64,000 nucleotides of DNA from Octopus bimaculoides (GCF_001194135.2 NC_068981.1:37778053-37842052); one strand, 5' to 3'; positions 26,170-40,737 are shown, counted from the stretch's first letter. Numbers and translations are program-made. The notes: generated from the letters alone by a model not told the origin.

Positions 26170-26689
26170 CTGAAATGAAACTGCTCCCTAAATGAGAAAT
26201 ATGTATGTAATCAGCAAGCAGTGGAACATTAGTAAATTGAAAATAGAGAGAGGTACAATATATGTCACCTTCCCTTTCGATTAGATTGCCAACATATGTC
26301 AGATTTCACTATCTGACAATCCCCAATGGACCTTAAAAATTATTATTTGGATTATACAATGCTCAATTTGTTATGGAATTCATTAATTTTGCAGGAGTTC
26401 TGATTACAATATAAGAAATTCACAGAGTATAATCTGAAGCTGCATTCCCAAGAAGCATTCACACATTTGTATGAGTGTTTAACTAGCAAGAAATTTATCA
26501 TATATGAGCACATATATCAACCAATGCAATCCCAGATGCAAAGTATTGAGTTTGTGTAGCCAATTTAGCACTCACACAGTGTTTACAGCAAGGTATCAAA
26601 TATGTTATTCCGAAGCCGTGGTAATAATCATTCTCATTATTATTATACACTCCATTATCATTATTGCCAGTATGAGTGCCAGTAGTTTT

Positions 26690-26963
26690 ACCAACACTAT
26701 CGTCATTGTTGTCGTTGTCACCACCACCACTACCACCACCACCAATACCACCACCACCAATACCACCACCAATACCACCACCACCAATACCACCACCAAA
26801 ACCACCACCACCACCACCAATACCACCACCAATACCACCACCAATACCACCACCAATATCACCACCAATACCACCAATACCACCACCACCACCACCACCA
26901 CCATGATCATCATCATCATCATCATTGTCACCATCGTCATCATCGTCATCATCGTCATCATCG

Positions 26964-27006
<43 letters not shown>

Positions 27007-27060
27007 TGTCATCATTGCCTTCATCATCATATCAAAATCTACTTTGCCCCCATCATCCTC
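26690..27060. repeat. Long compound trinucleotide tract (ACC/AAT-ACC)n then (ATC/GTC)n
   Basis: Directly visible. It is the source of the poly-T/I/P/S/M/V ORFs at 26504-27293. Confidence 0.95.
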
Positions 27061-27534
27061 ATTCTTGCCATTATCCCTCTCAATGCCATTATGTGCACCA
27101 TAACCATCGTCGCAATCACTGTTATTATCATTATCTTCATCATACTTATTACCATTACCAACAACACTCATCACATCATCCACCCATGCAATTCAGCCTC
27201 CACTTCTACCTTTCCAAACTTCAAATGCTTCGTCACATTGCAACAGAAGGTTACGAAGTTTATGTACAACTTACATTGAACCAATCTCTCTAATAACATT
27301 AGTTTTCATTGTAGATATATTAAGTTAAGAGCTACAAAGTAATCATTGTTTGTGGACTTAGATACTTAAGGGAGTGTGTGTGCAAGTGTGTGCACCATGT
27401 TTGCATGTATATATGTATGTATATNNNNNNNNNNNNNNNNNNNNNNNNNNNNNNNNNNNNNNNNNNNNNNNNNNNNNNNNNNNNNNNNNNNNNNNNNNNN
27501 NNNNNNNNNNNNNNNNNNNNNNNNTATATATATG

Positions 27535-27574
<40 letters not shown>

Positions 27575-27886
27575 TGTGTATGTGTGTGTGGTAGAAGTTA
27601 TAAACTATTGGTTGGCTGGCTGGCTGGTTGGTTGATTTCTCCACTCCAGCTTTACACCATATAGAGAGAATAGGAAAGAAAGAGAAAGAGAGAGAGAAAG
27701 AGACAGAGAGAGAGAGAGAGTAGAAGAGAGATATAGAATGAGTTAACAAAATTTAAAATTGATATAGAAATGCTGAAATTGACAAGTGGTTGTGGGGATG
27801 GTAGAGATATTAAACGTTAAGTAGCCAATGGATACCAAGCATATTCAGTCTTTCTGTCTGTCTGTCTGTCTGTCTACCTGCCTGCC

Positions 27887-27964
<78 letters not shown>

Positions 27965-28132
27965 ACTCTCTCTCTCTCCCTCTCTCCCTCTCTCACACTC
28001 TCTCTCTCTCACACACACACATGCACATGCACACAAATATGTCTCATACACACATAACTACAGTTTAAGTAAAAGAACAAAATTGACAAATACTTGGCAG
28101 AGGAGGTTAAGAAGTAGTAACTTGACATGACA

Positions 28133-28185
<53 letters not shown>

Positions 28186-28394
28186 CCTATCTATCTATCT
28201 ATCTATCTATACATCTATCTATATGTCTGTCTACTGGTATGACTGTGTGGTAAGTGTGCTTCCCAGCCACATGGTTTCATGTTCAATTCCACTGTGGCCC
28301 CCTTGAGCAAGTATCTTCTACTATTGCCTCAGGCCAACCAAATCTTTGCGAGTCAATTTGGTAGGCAGAAACAAACCTATAGTGTATTTATCAC

Positions 28395-28436
<42 letters not shown>

Positions 28437-28816
28437 TATAGTCGTTGTCGTCGTCGTCATCTTCATCGTCATCATCATTATCAACACCAATGTTGGCATG
28501 AGTTACCAATATTTTCCATGTTGGCATCGATTGGACAGCATGACAGGAGCTGGTAAGGCCAGAGCCTGCACCATGTGTGTCTTTGTGTTTGTGTTTGTTC
28601 CTCATTAACATTGAAAACTGGGGTTGGTGTCTTTACCTTCCTGTAACATAGCAGTTCAGCAAAAGTGACTGATAAAATAAGTACCAGGCCTACGAGGGAA
28701 ATAAGTAATAAAGTTGACTTGTTTAACTAAAATATTTCAAGGTGGTATTACACCATGACCACAATCTAATGATTGGAACATGTTAAAAAGATATATATAT
28801 ATGTTACATATATATA

Positions 28817-29215
28817 GGTGCAGGAGTAGCTTTGTGGTAAGTAGCTTGCTTACCAACCACATAGTTCTGGGTTCATCCCACTGCATAGCATCTTGGGCAA
28901 GTGTCTTCTACTATAGCCTTGGGCCGACCAAAGCCTTGTGAGTGGATATGGTAGACAGAAACTGAAAGAAGCCTGTCATATATATGTATATATATATGTG
29001 TGTGTATGTGTGTTTGTGTGTCTGTGTTTGTCCCCACAACATCGCTTGACAACTGATGCTGGTGTATTTATGTCCCCGTCACTTAGCAGTTTGGCAAAAG
29101 AAAACCGATAGAATAAGTACCAGGCTTACAAAGAATAAGTCCAGGGGTCAATTTGCTCGACTAAAAGCGGTGCTCCAGCATGGCTGCAGTCAAATGACTG
29201 AAACAAGTAAAAGAG
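28817..29215 (+). mobile_element. Full-length tRNA-derived Octopus-type SINE with CORE-like segment and internal (TA)/(TG) tract
   Basis: Head ggagtagctttgtggtaagtagc, B-box-like gggttca, cttgggcaagtgtcttc CORE-like segment, tail gaaacaagtaaaagag. Confidence 0.9.
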
Positions 29216-29821
29216 AAAATATATGTATATAAAAATATAAATATATACATACATATACACACCTATATACATACATGTATAAAAATATATACATATAAGT
29301 ATTATGTATGTATATGTGTATATGTGTGTATATATATATATATACATATATATGTATATATATATATATATATTGTATATATATATGTGTGTGTGTACAT
29401 AAGTATCTATCTATATGTATATATATATATATAAATAAAAAAAAAATTAAAAAAAAAAATATATATATATTATATCATCATCATCATTCACACAAAGACA
29501 CACACACACAGACACACACACACACACACACACATATATATTTATATGCATACATATAATGGATAGATGTATATATGAGTGTGTATTTAAACATCAGTGA
29601 GGAAACCATAGCGTAGTATCTTGGGTTCACTGATATTTGATGTTGTGACACTGAAGTGAAAGTCAGTAGTTGGAAACTCCTTTTGAAGCAGTGCAGTATT
29701 ATCTTGATTAAATTCACTGTAGCCAATGTAATCTCTTACTTGTGCTGTGATAACACACACACACACACACATATGCCTCTGTATATATATGTCTGAATGT
29801 ATATGTATGTATATATATAGT

Positions 29822-29874
<53 letters not shown>

Positions 29875-30756
29875 GCATGCGTATATCTATACAAGTACAC
29901 ACACATATACATATATGTATTAATACATTCAAGCAAGCTTAGAAATGTCTTATGGCTACTGGGAGGTCAGTGGTGAAAGTCATTCATATTATTGTGGTTA
30001 TAGCCAGCTTCAACTGATGGTGAGATAAACGCAAAAGTAGATGTGTTTTAAGCAAATTAGAACTGTTGACTATCTGGAAATATTAGCTAACAGAAATGCT
30101 GACTTTTACATTGCATTGTTGAAATTATATTCTGTGTAGTTTTGTAAAGCTGTTGATGTTGATCATACAGATTGTGATTTACCAGATGCTGTTGATCTAT
30201 TCTAGCCTGACACTGTTGAGTTTTGCAATATTACTAATGGCTAAGTAGAGAGCTCCTTCGAAATCTCCCTGGCAATTGTAAATGTGTGGATGTCAAAAAT
30301 ATTGATTCCTGCAACTTTGGTTCAAAGCCAACTTTTTGTAAGTGAGGTTTACAACTGATTGAATTGATCCTAGTATATTATTGTTCTTATTTTATTGATT
30401 TGAAAGAAATGAAAAAAAAAGAAAAAAAAAGAAAAACAAAAGGGAAAAAACTTAAAGTCAGCAGGATTTGAACTCAAATTCATGAGGTGCTTGTATAGTA
30501 AATATTGATTTATGCCTTGGGTGTAAAATCAGTATCTGAAATAGAAGGGGTACAATCAATTGTATCAACAGAGTATATCATTACAGGCTTATTGACACTA
30601 TAGAGACAGAAAAGAAAAAACAAAAAGTAAAGCTAAAACAAATGGAATTTGAGTTAAAATAATTCTCCTAAATAAATATTGTAAAGTATTCAGTCAGTTG
30701 CTCAACAGCTTCAGTTCGGTCAGATACCAAGGGTTTATAGAAGTGGAAATGTAAAC

Positions 30757-30841
30757 CTGTGAATATTGTACAATTTCTAATGACATTGGAGGACTAAATA
30801 AAGCAGTTGTGAGGACTGACAATACCATTCTGCAGTATTCA
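30757..30841 (-). CDS. Candidate coding exon: EYCRMVLSVLTTALFSPPMSLEIVQYSQ (alternative donor at 30728)
   Basis: Acceptor tattttttctag, donor cag|gtttac. The phase-2 start joins in frame with 31466-31532. Confidence 0.35.
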
Positions 30842-31465
30842 CTAGAAAAATAATGTGAGTCAATGAAAATGTTTCTACATTGTTGCTCAGTCTACTGAAA
30901 ATACAAGCCAAATCTCGCACAAATTGCCACCTGCTGTTGTAAACAAACAAAAGACACCCTGGACTGGATGGTCAGAACTGAATCAGGGTTTACCTAACTT
31001 TAAACAATAACAATAACAATGACAATAAAATGATAACAATTGTAATGATGAGCCAATGTGAATTCCTCTGTGTTTTAACTTGACCATCTAAAAATAACAA
31101 CCAACTTTTCTCTAAATTACACACTACTGTCTGGAAAATTAGAAACATTGCATCATGTGTTTCTAGATATGTAGTACTCCCACTGGCAAAGAAAAAAAGT
31201 TAGAATGCTTTTGAATATTGCTGTGGAACAACCACAGCAACAATTACGATGTTAATATCTTGTCCTCTGATAAAACACATTAAGTCTAAAAAACAAGAAA
31301 CAGATAATTGCAAAGAAGTGAAAACGAATATCCTCATTTTCTCAACTTACTATGTGTCATAGGTTTCCATATAATGGAAAGCTGAAAAGTTTCCTAGATC
31401 ATATCTCTCATATCTCCAAGGATTTCATATATCATTCTCCGACAAAACACAGCAGGATGACTTAC

Positions 31466-31532
31466 TATGTTTTGTCGAAGGAGTGCAGGATTGTCATCAG
31501 CACTATCATTTTTATTATCCATTCATGAGGAT
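31466..31532 (-). CDS. Candidate coding exon: (D)PHEWIIKMIVLMTILHSFDKT(Y)
   Basis: Acceptor ttgttacttgatgcag, strong donor ata|gtaagt, 67 nt, only one open frame. Ends in phase 2, matching the next candidate exon. Confidence 0.35.
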
Positions 31533-32938
31533 CTGCATCAAGTAACAAATATATTTTCATGTTTTAATAACAAGAAATGATTAACAGAACAACCTTACAT
31601 TCTCACTTTTTTGTTCTTTCTTCGCCTATGAAGATTATATCCTTGTTATTATGTAAAAGAGTCAAAAGTCCAAAACATTGCTTTATCAGAAAAAAAAAAA
31701 AGAAGATTCACTATTCCATAGCAAAACCATTTTACTACACTTTGACAACTTTTGATATCTTGGCATCTGAAGCAGTTGGAGATGCGATAGTTTGACGGAA
31801 AAAAACGGTTATTGCAAGCAAAAATAAATATTGGAAAAAATGCATTTGGCCAGATTTGGACATACGACAGTTTAACATAATAGCAACGATATATACATAC
31901 ATACGTACATACATACATGCACACACACACATCACGTGCACACACACACACACATACATTTATATACATATATATANNNNNNNNNNNNNNNNNNNNNNNN
32001 NNNNNNNNNNNNNNNNNNNNNNNNNNNNNNNNNNNNNNNNNNNNNNNNNNNNNNNNNNNNNNNNNNNNNNNNNNNNNNNNNNNNNNNNNNNNNNNNNNNN
32101 NNNNNNNNNNNNNNNNNNNNNNNNNNNNNNNNNNNNNNNNNNNNNNNNNNNNNNNNNNNNNNNNNNNNNNNNNNNNNNNNNNNNNNNNNNNNNNNNNNNN
32201 NNNNNNNNNNNNNNNNNNNNNNNNNNNNNNNNNNNNNNNNNNNNNNNNNNNNNNNNNNNNNNNNNNNNNNNNNNNNNNNNNNNNNNNNNNNNNNNNNNNN
32301 NNNNNNNNNNNNNNNNNNNNNNNNNNNNNNNNNNNNNNNNNNNNNNNNNNNNNNNNNNNNNNNNNNNNNNNNNNNNNNNNNNNNNNNNNNNNNNNNNNNN
32401 NNNNNNNNNNNNNNNNNNNNNNNNNNNNNNNNNNNNNNNNNNNNNNNNNNNNNNNNNNNNNNNNNNNNNNNNNNNNNNNNNNNNNNNNNNNNNNNNNNNN
32501 NNNNNNNNNNNNNNNNNNNNNNNNNNNNNNNNNNNNNNNNNNNNNNNNNNNNNNNNNNNNNNNNNNNNNNNTTTGTGTAACAACACTTGATTTGACAAAA
32601 AAATCTTGGTTTTAGTTTGTTGGCCTGCAATTCACTGTAGCCCACAAAGGTGACTGTAGACTTCTCCAGGTATGGACTCTTTTGTGTCCCCACCAAAAAT
32701 GGTTAGCATGTATATGTGTGTGTGTGTGTATGCTTGTGTATGTGTATATGTGTGTATAAGCTCCCTTTGCGTGAGTATACATAGCTATGATTGTCTATTT
32801 GTTGATGAGTGTATGTATGTGCATGTATGGGTTTATATTGTGAATGTATGCTTAATGGCTTGTCTCTACATGTATGAATACATATGTCTGTATATGTATG
32901 TGTGTATGCATACGTATGTTTATGTGGATATATCTACT

Positions 32939-33290
32939 TCTATAATAATAAATGCTAAAACGAATTTCTGTGTCTCAGTGTGTCACACTTTGACCCCCTC
33001 TCTCACTATTCAATGACAATTCCACTATTCCTCATGGTGGGGTGACAGTGATAGTAGGTATACTGACGGTAGTAGATTGACGGGTGTGATGGTAATGGGG
33101 TGACAGTAATAGTATGAGCTGTAGCTGTGATAGAGGCAGAGGCGATGGTGATGATAGTGGTGGTGATCAATCAGGGATGACAGAGATAGTAAGTGATGTG
33201 AAAGACATTGGTGATGGTGATGGAATAAGGGATGTGAAAGACAGTGGTGATGGTGATGGAAGGGAAAGTGGCAAAGTCAAAGGTATTGAT
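32939..33290 (+). mobile_element. Non-autonomous Helitron-like element, 5' part (copy 2 of the 11359 family)
   Basis: TCTATAATAATAAATGCTAAAACGAATTT...cactttgaccccctctctcactattca...gtagtagattga...agtaatagtatgagctgtag is shared with 11359-11700. Confidence 0.55.
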
Positions 33291-33463
33291 ATCCTCTGTC
33301 TCCAACTCATTTCCTCTCTAATTATCTGTCACTGCATTTAACTACACATCTACGTTTTCTACTCCTCTGTCCTATTGTATCACATATTCATGTTGTACCT
33401 AACCTTACATATCTCTCTCTCTCATTCTCACTCTCCCTATCTCTCTCTCTTTGNNNNNNNNNN

Positions 33464-33510
<47 letters not shown>

Positions 33511-33639
33511 CCTCAATTTCCAGATGGGCAAACCATGTAGTCACTTCTTCAGTAAGACATCTGCTCCTCTCCCTCTCCCATAGTTGCTTGTTCCTCCAGT
33601 CTATGCCCTACTCCGTAGGTACTTGATGGTACCTTGTAG

Positions 33640-33869
33640 GTAATTGATGACCTCACCAGTGATGGTGCCACATAAAAACACCCAGTACACTGTGGTTGGT
33701 GTTAGAAAGGGCATCCAATTGCAGAAACCATGTCAAAACAGAGACAGAATCTATTAGAATCTGATGGAAACTTCTGGATTGTCAGTTCTAATCAACAAGT
33801 CCAACTGAGGTGAGCATGGAAAGAAAAGATGCTAAATGATGACGTTGATGATGATAATGATGACGGTGA

Positions 33870-33909
<40 letters not shown>

Positions 33910-34155
33910 TATAAACATACAAACATACACACACACACACACACACAAAAGCACCCATGCTGCATTGTGTAAAAGTGTCCATGTGGTGCCAAGTAAAAGC
34001 ATCCATGCAGCACACTCTGTAAAGTGATTGGCATTAGGAAGGGCATCCAGTCATAGAAACCATGCCAAATCAGACTGGAATCTGGTGCAGTTCTGGTCAC
34101 ACCGTCCAACCCATGCCAGCTTTGACAATGGATGTTGAATTGATGATGATGATGT
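33640..34155 (+). mobile_element. Two adjacent RTE-tail SINE fragments separated by microsatellites
   Basis: ggtgccacataaaaacaccc...gaaagggcatcc (33660-33720) and ggcattaggaagggcatccagtcatagaaaccatgcc...gtccaacccatgccagc...(gat)n (34030-34150). Confidence 0.7.
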
Positions 34156-34809
34156 GTATATATATATATATATATATATGTATATGTATTAGGGCAGTTG
34201 TGAAAGAGAGGTGGAGAGACAAATATCAGATATCTATATCTTTGAGTATTTCATGTCAATGAAATATTTATACCATGCATTTAGATATTGTAGGAGATTT
34301 TATAAAGATCCAGAGATGATTAGCAACCAAACTTTGGCAGATAGTTCCATGATGTTTTATTAAGATGCAACAAGTAAAACTAAAGATAGTCCAGACAGGA
34401 TATGTAGCATGAACTATGTTTCCGTAGATTGTGCAGCTTTAACCTTTACAGAGAAGCTGGCAACATGCAAACGTTTCAGTTCCAGAAAAAACATAATTTG
34501 AATGCAATTTGATTCAAATACGATTGCTGTACAATGCCTCAGAGAAAGGTGGAGTGAGAGAGAGAGAAAGAGGGTGATAGAGAGAGAAAGAGAGAGAGAA
34601 AGAGGGTGATAGAGAGAGAAAGAGAGAGAGGGATAGAAAGAGTGAAATGAAGAAAAGGAGAGAGACAGATAAACAGAGAGACAGGCTGACTTACAGAGAA
34701 AGAAAAAAGAATAGAAGAAAGAAAGGAGAAAATAATGAATGAATAAATGAATAAGTAAGACAGAAATATACAGAGATTTTAAGAAAGAAAGCCGAATGAA
34801 TGAAAGAAT

Positions 34810-34895
<86 letters not shown>

Positions 34896-35197
34896 AAGAG
34901 ATTGGAATATGGGGATTGGTTTAGGCATGTGATAAGAAAGAATATAATCCTATTAAAAACCAGTCTTCATGCTTGTGGTGAAAGTTGCTTGGAAAATGCT
35001 AAACTGCCAACACTAAAGAATTAGAGGTAATTAGGCCATACAACAAACAAACGCCAACAAGGAGAAAAGGGTAAAAATAATACCAGAAAGCTGCCCAAAA
35101 TACTCAAGCTGGCTTAGGTATAATAATAGATATACATACATATATGTACATGTGTGTGACTGTGTGGATACACACACATATGCATACATATGAATAA

Positions 35198-35231
<34 letters not shown>

Positions 35232-35233
<2 letters not shown>

Positions 35234-35510
35234 TTTTATTCTTTTATTTATTTCAGTCATTTGACTGTGGCCCTGCTGGAGTACCACCTCTAATCGAATA
35301 ATCAACCCCAGGACTTACTCTTTGTAAGCCTAGTACTTATTCTATCGGTTTCTTTTGCCAAACCGCTAAGTAATGGGAACATAAACACACCAACATTGAT
35401 CGTCAAGCGATGGTGGAGGGACAAACACAGACACACACAAACCCCACACACATATATATACAATGGGCTTCTTTCAGTTTCTGTTTACCAAATCCACTGG
35501 TATATACTTA
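35232..35510 (-). mobile_element. 5'-truncated tRNA-SINE (28817 family)
   Basis: Reverse complement of the SINE 3' half: tttcagtcatttgactgtgg...ttcttactctttgtaagcctagtacttattctatcgg...gggcttctttcagtttc. Confidence 0.85.
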
Positions 35511-37372
35511 TATTTTCTCTTCTCTTCTTGCATTCTGCTATCCTCCCCAATTCATGTGCCATTGGGCATCCTTCACTCTTGTGTTGATCAAACACTACAC
35601 TCACCCCTTCAACTCCAACCATCTTTACAACGTTTTGCCTACTTCCCTTTGTCTCTCTCATTCCCCCAATCTTTTGCCTCCATACCCTTTTGTGAACCCT
35701 CACCCTTTCACACTCCTAATCTCTCTCCCTGTCTCCATCCACATCTAGTCCCCTTGTACCTTGAGAGGACATGTAGTCACCTCATCACTATTATTTATTC
35801 CTTCGCAGCTAATCCTGATTCATTCTCAATGTTTCCTCTAAATGTGACTAGCCATGTAGCTCATACTACAACTCTGCTCTGCTGCACCTCCTCCTCCCAT
35901 ACCTTAGCCCTCATCTACTAACATAAAATCACTTCCCCCATTCAAGTTTTGTAGTTTTGCAAGCTGCATGGTGACCTTACAAGTGCTATATGTCTGTGAC
36001 AAAGTTAGGATAAATTGTGGTTCCATAAGATGATGCATGACATTACACAGATCGCAAATTAAAATATAAAAGTATAAATAGGACTCGATGAATATATAGA
36101 TGAATATATAGAGATGTATGCAGATAAGAAGACACATATGCAGATAACAACCAAATTTCACAATTATTCCTTTATATCAACTTAATGATTGCACAACTCA
36201 GCAACAGTGCATCAAACAAACAACATTCATAACCAAATGTCAAACACATTTAAATACCTGTGGAAGAGAATGATAAACAAACCCCACAAACCCTGCAGCA
36301 ATCTTTGCCAAAATTACCATAACAACAAACACTGCTAGTTTGATTGACAAAAAAATACAACTGATACATTCTTGTTGCTGCTGCTGTTGGTGCTTTAACT
36401 GAGAGACACTCCAGCTGCTGCTACTAATACTACCACCATGACTCAGTAATAATCAGAAGGGAACAAATCATCAACACCACGTGATTTTTGTAAGAAAAAC
36501 ATGTAAACTTCCAAAAGTGATATCATAAAAGATTAATTTAATTTACTTCATTTCAATGTGTTTTCCTTTTGTTTCAGTATGACTAAATTGTCTTTATAAA
36601 GTGATTGAAGCTGGTAGCATATTTTGATAAAAATGTAAATAATTTACTTAGGCCTATCAATGATAACATTCTGAAACATTTTCTTCTTTTTGTTTTTTCT
36701 TTAGTGTGTGTGTGTGTCTGAGGATATGTATATATTCTACGTCTAAAGTTCTTTACTTATGATGAGCACGGATTCTTCATCTTAATTCTTAATTTCCCTT
36801 TTGTAGAGCTTTCCTTGAACAATTTCAGTTGTACATCAGGTTTACTTTGGGAAAAAATGCAAGCACTTTATTCACATGAACTCACTTTTTAGGAAAGAGA
36901 ACCTTATTAGTGATCTCCAGTGACTTTCTCTTAATGATACTCAGCTAATTCCAAATGAGAAACAAGCAGATAGTGAAAGATTTGGAGTGAGAGAGAGAAG
37001 GGTAGAAAAGCAAAAGAAAAAATCTACATAAATCATCACACTATACTGATACTTTATTTATCAAACCTCATAACAATGAAAGCAAAGTTGACCTCAATGG
37101 GATTTTAACTCAAAGTACTGATATCTAGCACAAATACTGAAAGCTATTCTATCCAATGCTCTAATGACTCTGCCAATTACCCATCTTTTTTTGAGAGATT
37201 ACTAACACTAATACCTACAAAAAGAGACAGGATTAAATATTTGACTAAATAATGCATTGCTGTTATTTTAGATAGAATTGTTGGCAGAGAAATTTCCAAA
37301 GCTACTTGCAGCAGTTTCTTTGGTCTTTTAGATATCATTTTTCAGTGTAGAAATTTTATATTCCTATGACAG

Positions 37373-37516
37373 AGGAATTAGAGTGTCAAGCAAATGTAAT
37401 GGAATTTAGAAAGGATTTGCCACTAAACTATTCAGTGCATAGATTATGTCTGTTGCTAAATAAATACAAGTTAGGCATTCATGAAAATGATGCCTCCAGC
37501 TTTCTATTGAAATTAA
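37373..37516 (+). CDS. Low-confidence plus-strand candidate exon: EELECQANVMEFRKDLPLNYSVHRLCLLLNKYKLGIHENDASSFLLKL
   Basis: Acceptor ttttatattcctatgacag, donor taa|gtaaag, 144 nt and symmetrical. Could be chance in AT-rich DNA. Confidence 0.2.
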
Positions 37517-38459
37517 GTAAAGAATTAGATATAAATTTAAGTTTTGGTTTCTTGCTATAATCTTGCCCAATGGCATTCATCCTGGATGTTGATAATTCAA
37601 TTCATTCTGCATTATAATCTGGTCATTTTAGTCAATGGAAACCTTATCTTTACCTTTATATCATCTTCAGGATTAGATTTATTGGCGAACTACTTTTATA
37701 AACTTTCTATAAATTACTGTTACCAATAAGTCAAAAACCTTTAGCAATATGAAAGATTATAAGAATTTAATCCTGCATTCCTAAACTCTGAGACTCAAAA
37801 ATCACTTTTTCTTTATCTATTTTATACAAAAGTCACAACTGGTCAAGTCAACAAGGTGTGAAACTATTAGCCAAAGGGTCAATACCATATGTAAATGCAA
37901 CTTACTGAAATAGGAAGTTAATGTACTGTATAGTTATTGAGTGTGTTGTTAGTTTTACAAGGTTAAATTTCTCTCTTCTCATTCTTGTAATCAATCTTTA
38001 TTTGTTCTAAAGATCCCAGTAATATGTCATCTTTGCAATTTTTCTCTTTTTTAACTAGGTATGGAGGGAAAAGCAATGCTCCATGACTTTTGCTAGCTCT
38101 CTGAAATCAAGAGACAAATGCCACATACGTACAACTTAAACTTGCAAGTCAACAACTGCAGAAAAAACATACATATGCAGAGTGAGAATTCTGAATAGCT
38201 AACATTCTGAGAAGGAAAAGTTGAACACAGTGGTTCATGTAGAGCCTGTGGTGATAGAGACAGTATGAGTGGTGAAAAGAGGAGAGAGATATAAATCAAG
38301 GTTATCTAAGGGGAGGTGGTATGAAACCAGTCAGTGTCAAGATGCAGAGATTATTATAGTAATTAGTTGAAAAGACAGTGAATGGAGAATATAGGCAAGG
38401 CTTTGATTCCTGCTGTATGAGATCTCCTGTAAGCATGAAACAATCTTCAACAGAACTAA

Positions 38460-38668
38460 GTGTGCACAGTTCCTGGCTTTGGGTAAAACAAAATACAGAA
38501 GGATCAGTTATTTATGATTTTACTCAACATATTTCCCTCTTAGATTCACACACTTATTGCAGCAGTCCTCCAGTTTTTCTAAGTCCTGTAAAAGAACTTG
38601 GAAAGTTGGGCCTCCAACCAGACCTCTCCCGATACCCTTAAAGCCAGGAACTTTTTAGCACCTCCTCA
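38460..38668 (-). mobile_element. Mariner (DD34D-type) internal-deletion derivative
   Basis: TIR gaggaggtgctaaaaagttcctggcttt with a partial inverted copy at ~38466-38482. Minus-strand LEKLEDCCNKCVNLRGKYVE* is the typical mariner C-terminus. Confidence 0.75.
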
Positions 38669-39649
38669 TATATGCCAAGCGATATATGATCTACTTAACG
38701 AAGAGATATTCTATTGCTTCATACATCTAAGCAAAACATACTGTAAAGTTATTTGTACAAAATATTATCCCACTGAACTTAGATAATTTGAATATCTTTG
38801 TTTTCTCAACCACCAAATAAAACATACAAAATGTTTCAGGTTAGAAATAAAAATATTCTCATTCAAATCCAGTTTAGGAATACAGTGTAAATGTTTAGGA
38901 AAACAGTGCTTATCAATCACTTTGGTCAGAGATCAAAGTGATTTGTAGGTAATGTATATGTAAATATTGAAAAATCTTTCATCTCTAAAGATGGGTTTCA
39001 TAGATTAAAATATTGCCATGTATTAACTGAAGTAAAAAACCATAAAACTACATATCAACAAAATCAATACACCAGCATTTTGTTTTAAAGAACAACAATT
39101 GGTTTTTAAGCTCTTCTTTTAACTTTATATTTTCTAAATGCATATAAAAATGCATCATAATTTATTGATATGTATGCTTGCTTTCTAACTTTTAAAACTG
39201 GTATACAAAATATTACAAAATATAATTTGATATAATAATCATATATTATGCAACTGTAAGCCAATGAAAGATAGACAATTTCATGAAAGTAATATTATTT
39301 TACACATTATTTTGAACTAGTGTGATCTAGATGCTACTTTAAAAATATGTGTGCAAGAATAAAACAGTTACTTTTTTCAAAAATGAACAACCCTGTTATA
39401 TGTTTGAAACCAAACGATTGCTTGGAAACACATGGCATGCTATACTAACTTATCAGCTCGAAATTAGGTGAATACCTGGACATCCTTGTTACTTATTTGC
39501 TTTATATATATATATATATATAAGTAACAAGGATGTCCAGGTATTCACCTAATTTCGAGCTGATAAGTTAGTATAGCCTGCCATGTGTTTCCAAGCAATC
39601 GTTTGGTTTCAAACATATAACAGGGTTGTTCNNNNNNNNNNTATATATA

Positions 39650-40200
39650 TATATATGTACACACATACATGGGAGCTATCAACTCAAAAATGAGTATGAC
39701 CGTCACTGACACTGCAATGCCTGTACAGAATTTTCGGTCTTACACAGCCCCTCATAATCGCTTTCAACACCCTAGAAACGAGCTGAGACAAGATATCTAG
39801 TGTCAATATGGTTCACAAGCTCGGAAAACTGGAGTGACATCATCTCAAGCACAAGCAAAAGATCTCCAAAATGTCCAGTGTTATTCCCTACATATCAGCC
39901 TTTATATCAGAGTGACCATCTCCAAGGGACATGCTTTAACAAAAGGTGAGGGATGCCTCACTCTCAGAGGTCTTCTTGTGTGCTAGACACCAACCCAAAA
40001 TTTCTGAATGTTTGTGCTATAGCTAGATTGTAGTTTAGGTTACAGTGGGCTCATCTGTCCTTTTGACAGGTCTTGTTTGTAGTCCTGCTGGGCTTCTAGG
40101 AACTCTCCCTACCAAGATTGCTTATTGGTTGTGCTGGTTTAGAAACTGATGACCCTATCATGCAGCAGGTTTTACTATATTCTGTGTCACCAGTTGAATA
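39650..40200 (+). mobile_element. Unclassified coding-derived repeat, related to 61630-61830
   Basis: Translation GLETDDPIMQQVLLYSVSPVE (~40135-40200) aligns with RLVTNDPTMQQIVLDYILPVV (61586..61804, minus). Confidence 0.4.
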
Positions 40201-40306
40201 CAAGAGACTACACAAATGACCTGATAGACACATGTAAATACATACCATGCATACATACATGTGTATATACATACATACATAATACATATGTATGTATGTA
40301 TGTACA

Positions 40307-40354
<48 letters not shown>

Positions 40355-40668
40355 CATATACATATATATATGCATATGTATATATATATTATTATTTAAA
40401 GGAGTTGATTCTGCTCCAAGCAACTTAAAGATAATTGAATGAAGAAACACAGGCAGTTCAAGACAGCTACTGGAAAATGCAATGCCATTGGTCAAAGCAG
40501 GTCACATGGCCAAGTTAAAAGTGAGATAAGCATTTCAGCAATACCAGATGTATTAATAGGGAGAATTTCTTGGACTGTGTGGCTACACAGGAAGCAGATA
40601 GTGTCTTGGTGTCTGGTGGGCCTTTGTGGAGAATTGGAAGCTGCCAGAAAGCAAGGCCAGCAAATGAG

Positions 40669-40737
<69 letters not shown>

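Noticed and set aside
26504-27293. 199-aa, 192-aa and related ORFs resembling mucin, extensin or poly-Ser proteins
   Set aside because: They are open in several frames on both strands because stop-free (ACC)n/(ATC)n repeats lack stops.
39385-39631. 112-bp-arm near-perfect palindrome around a (TA)n spacer
   Set aside because: It has one mismatch, is centred on self-complementary (TA)n and ends exactly at a 10-N gap. This is most likely an assembly fold-back or haplotype join rather than a real hairpin. Long reads would settle it.
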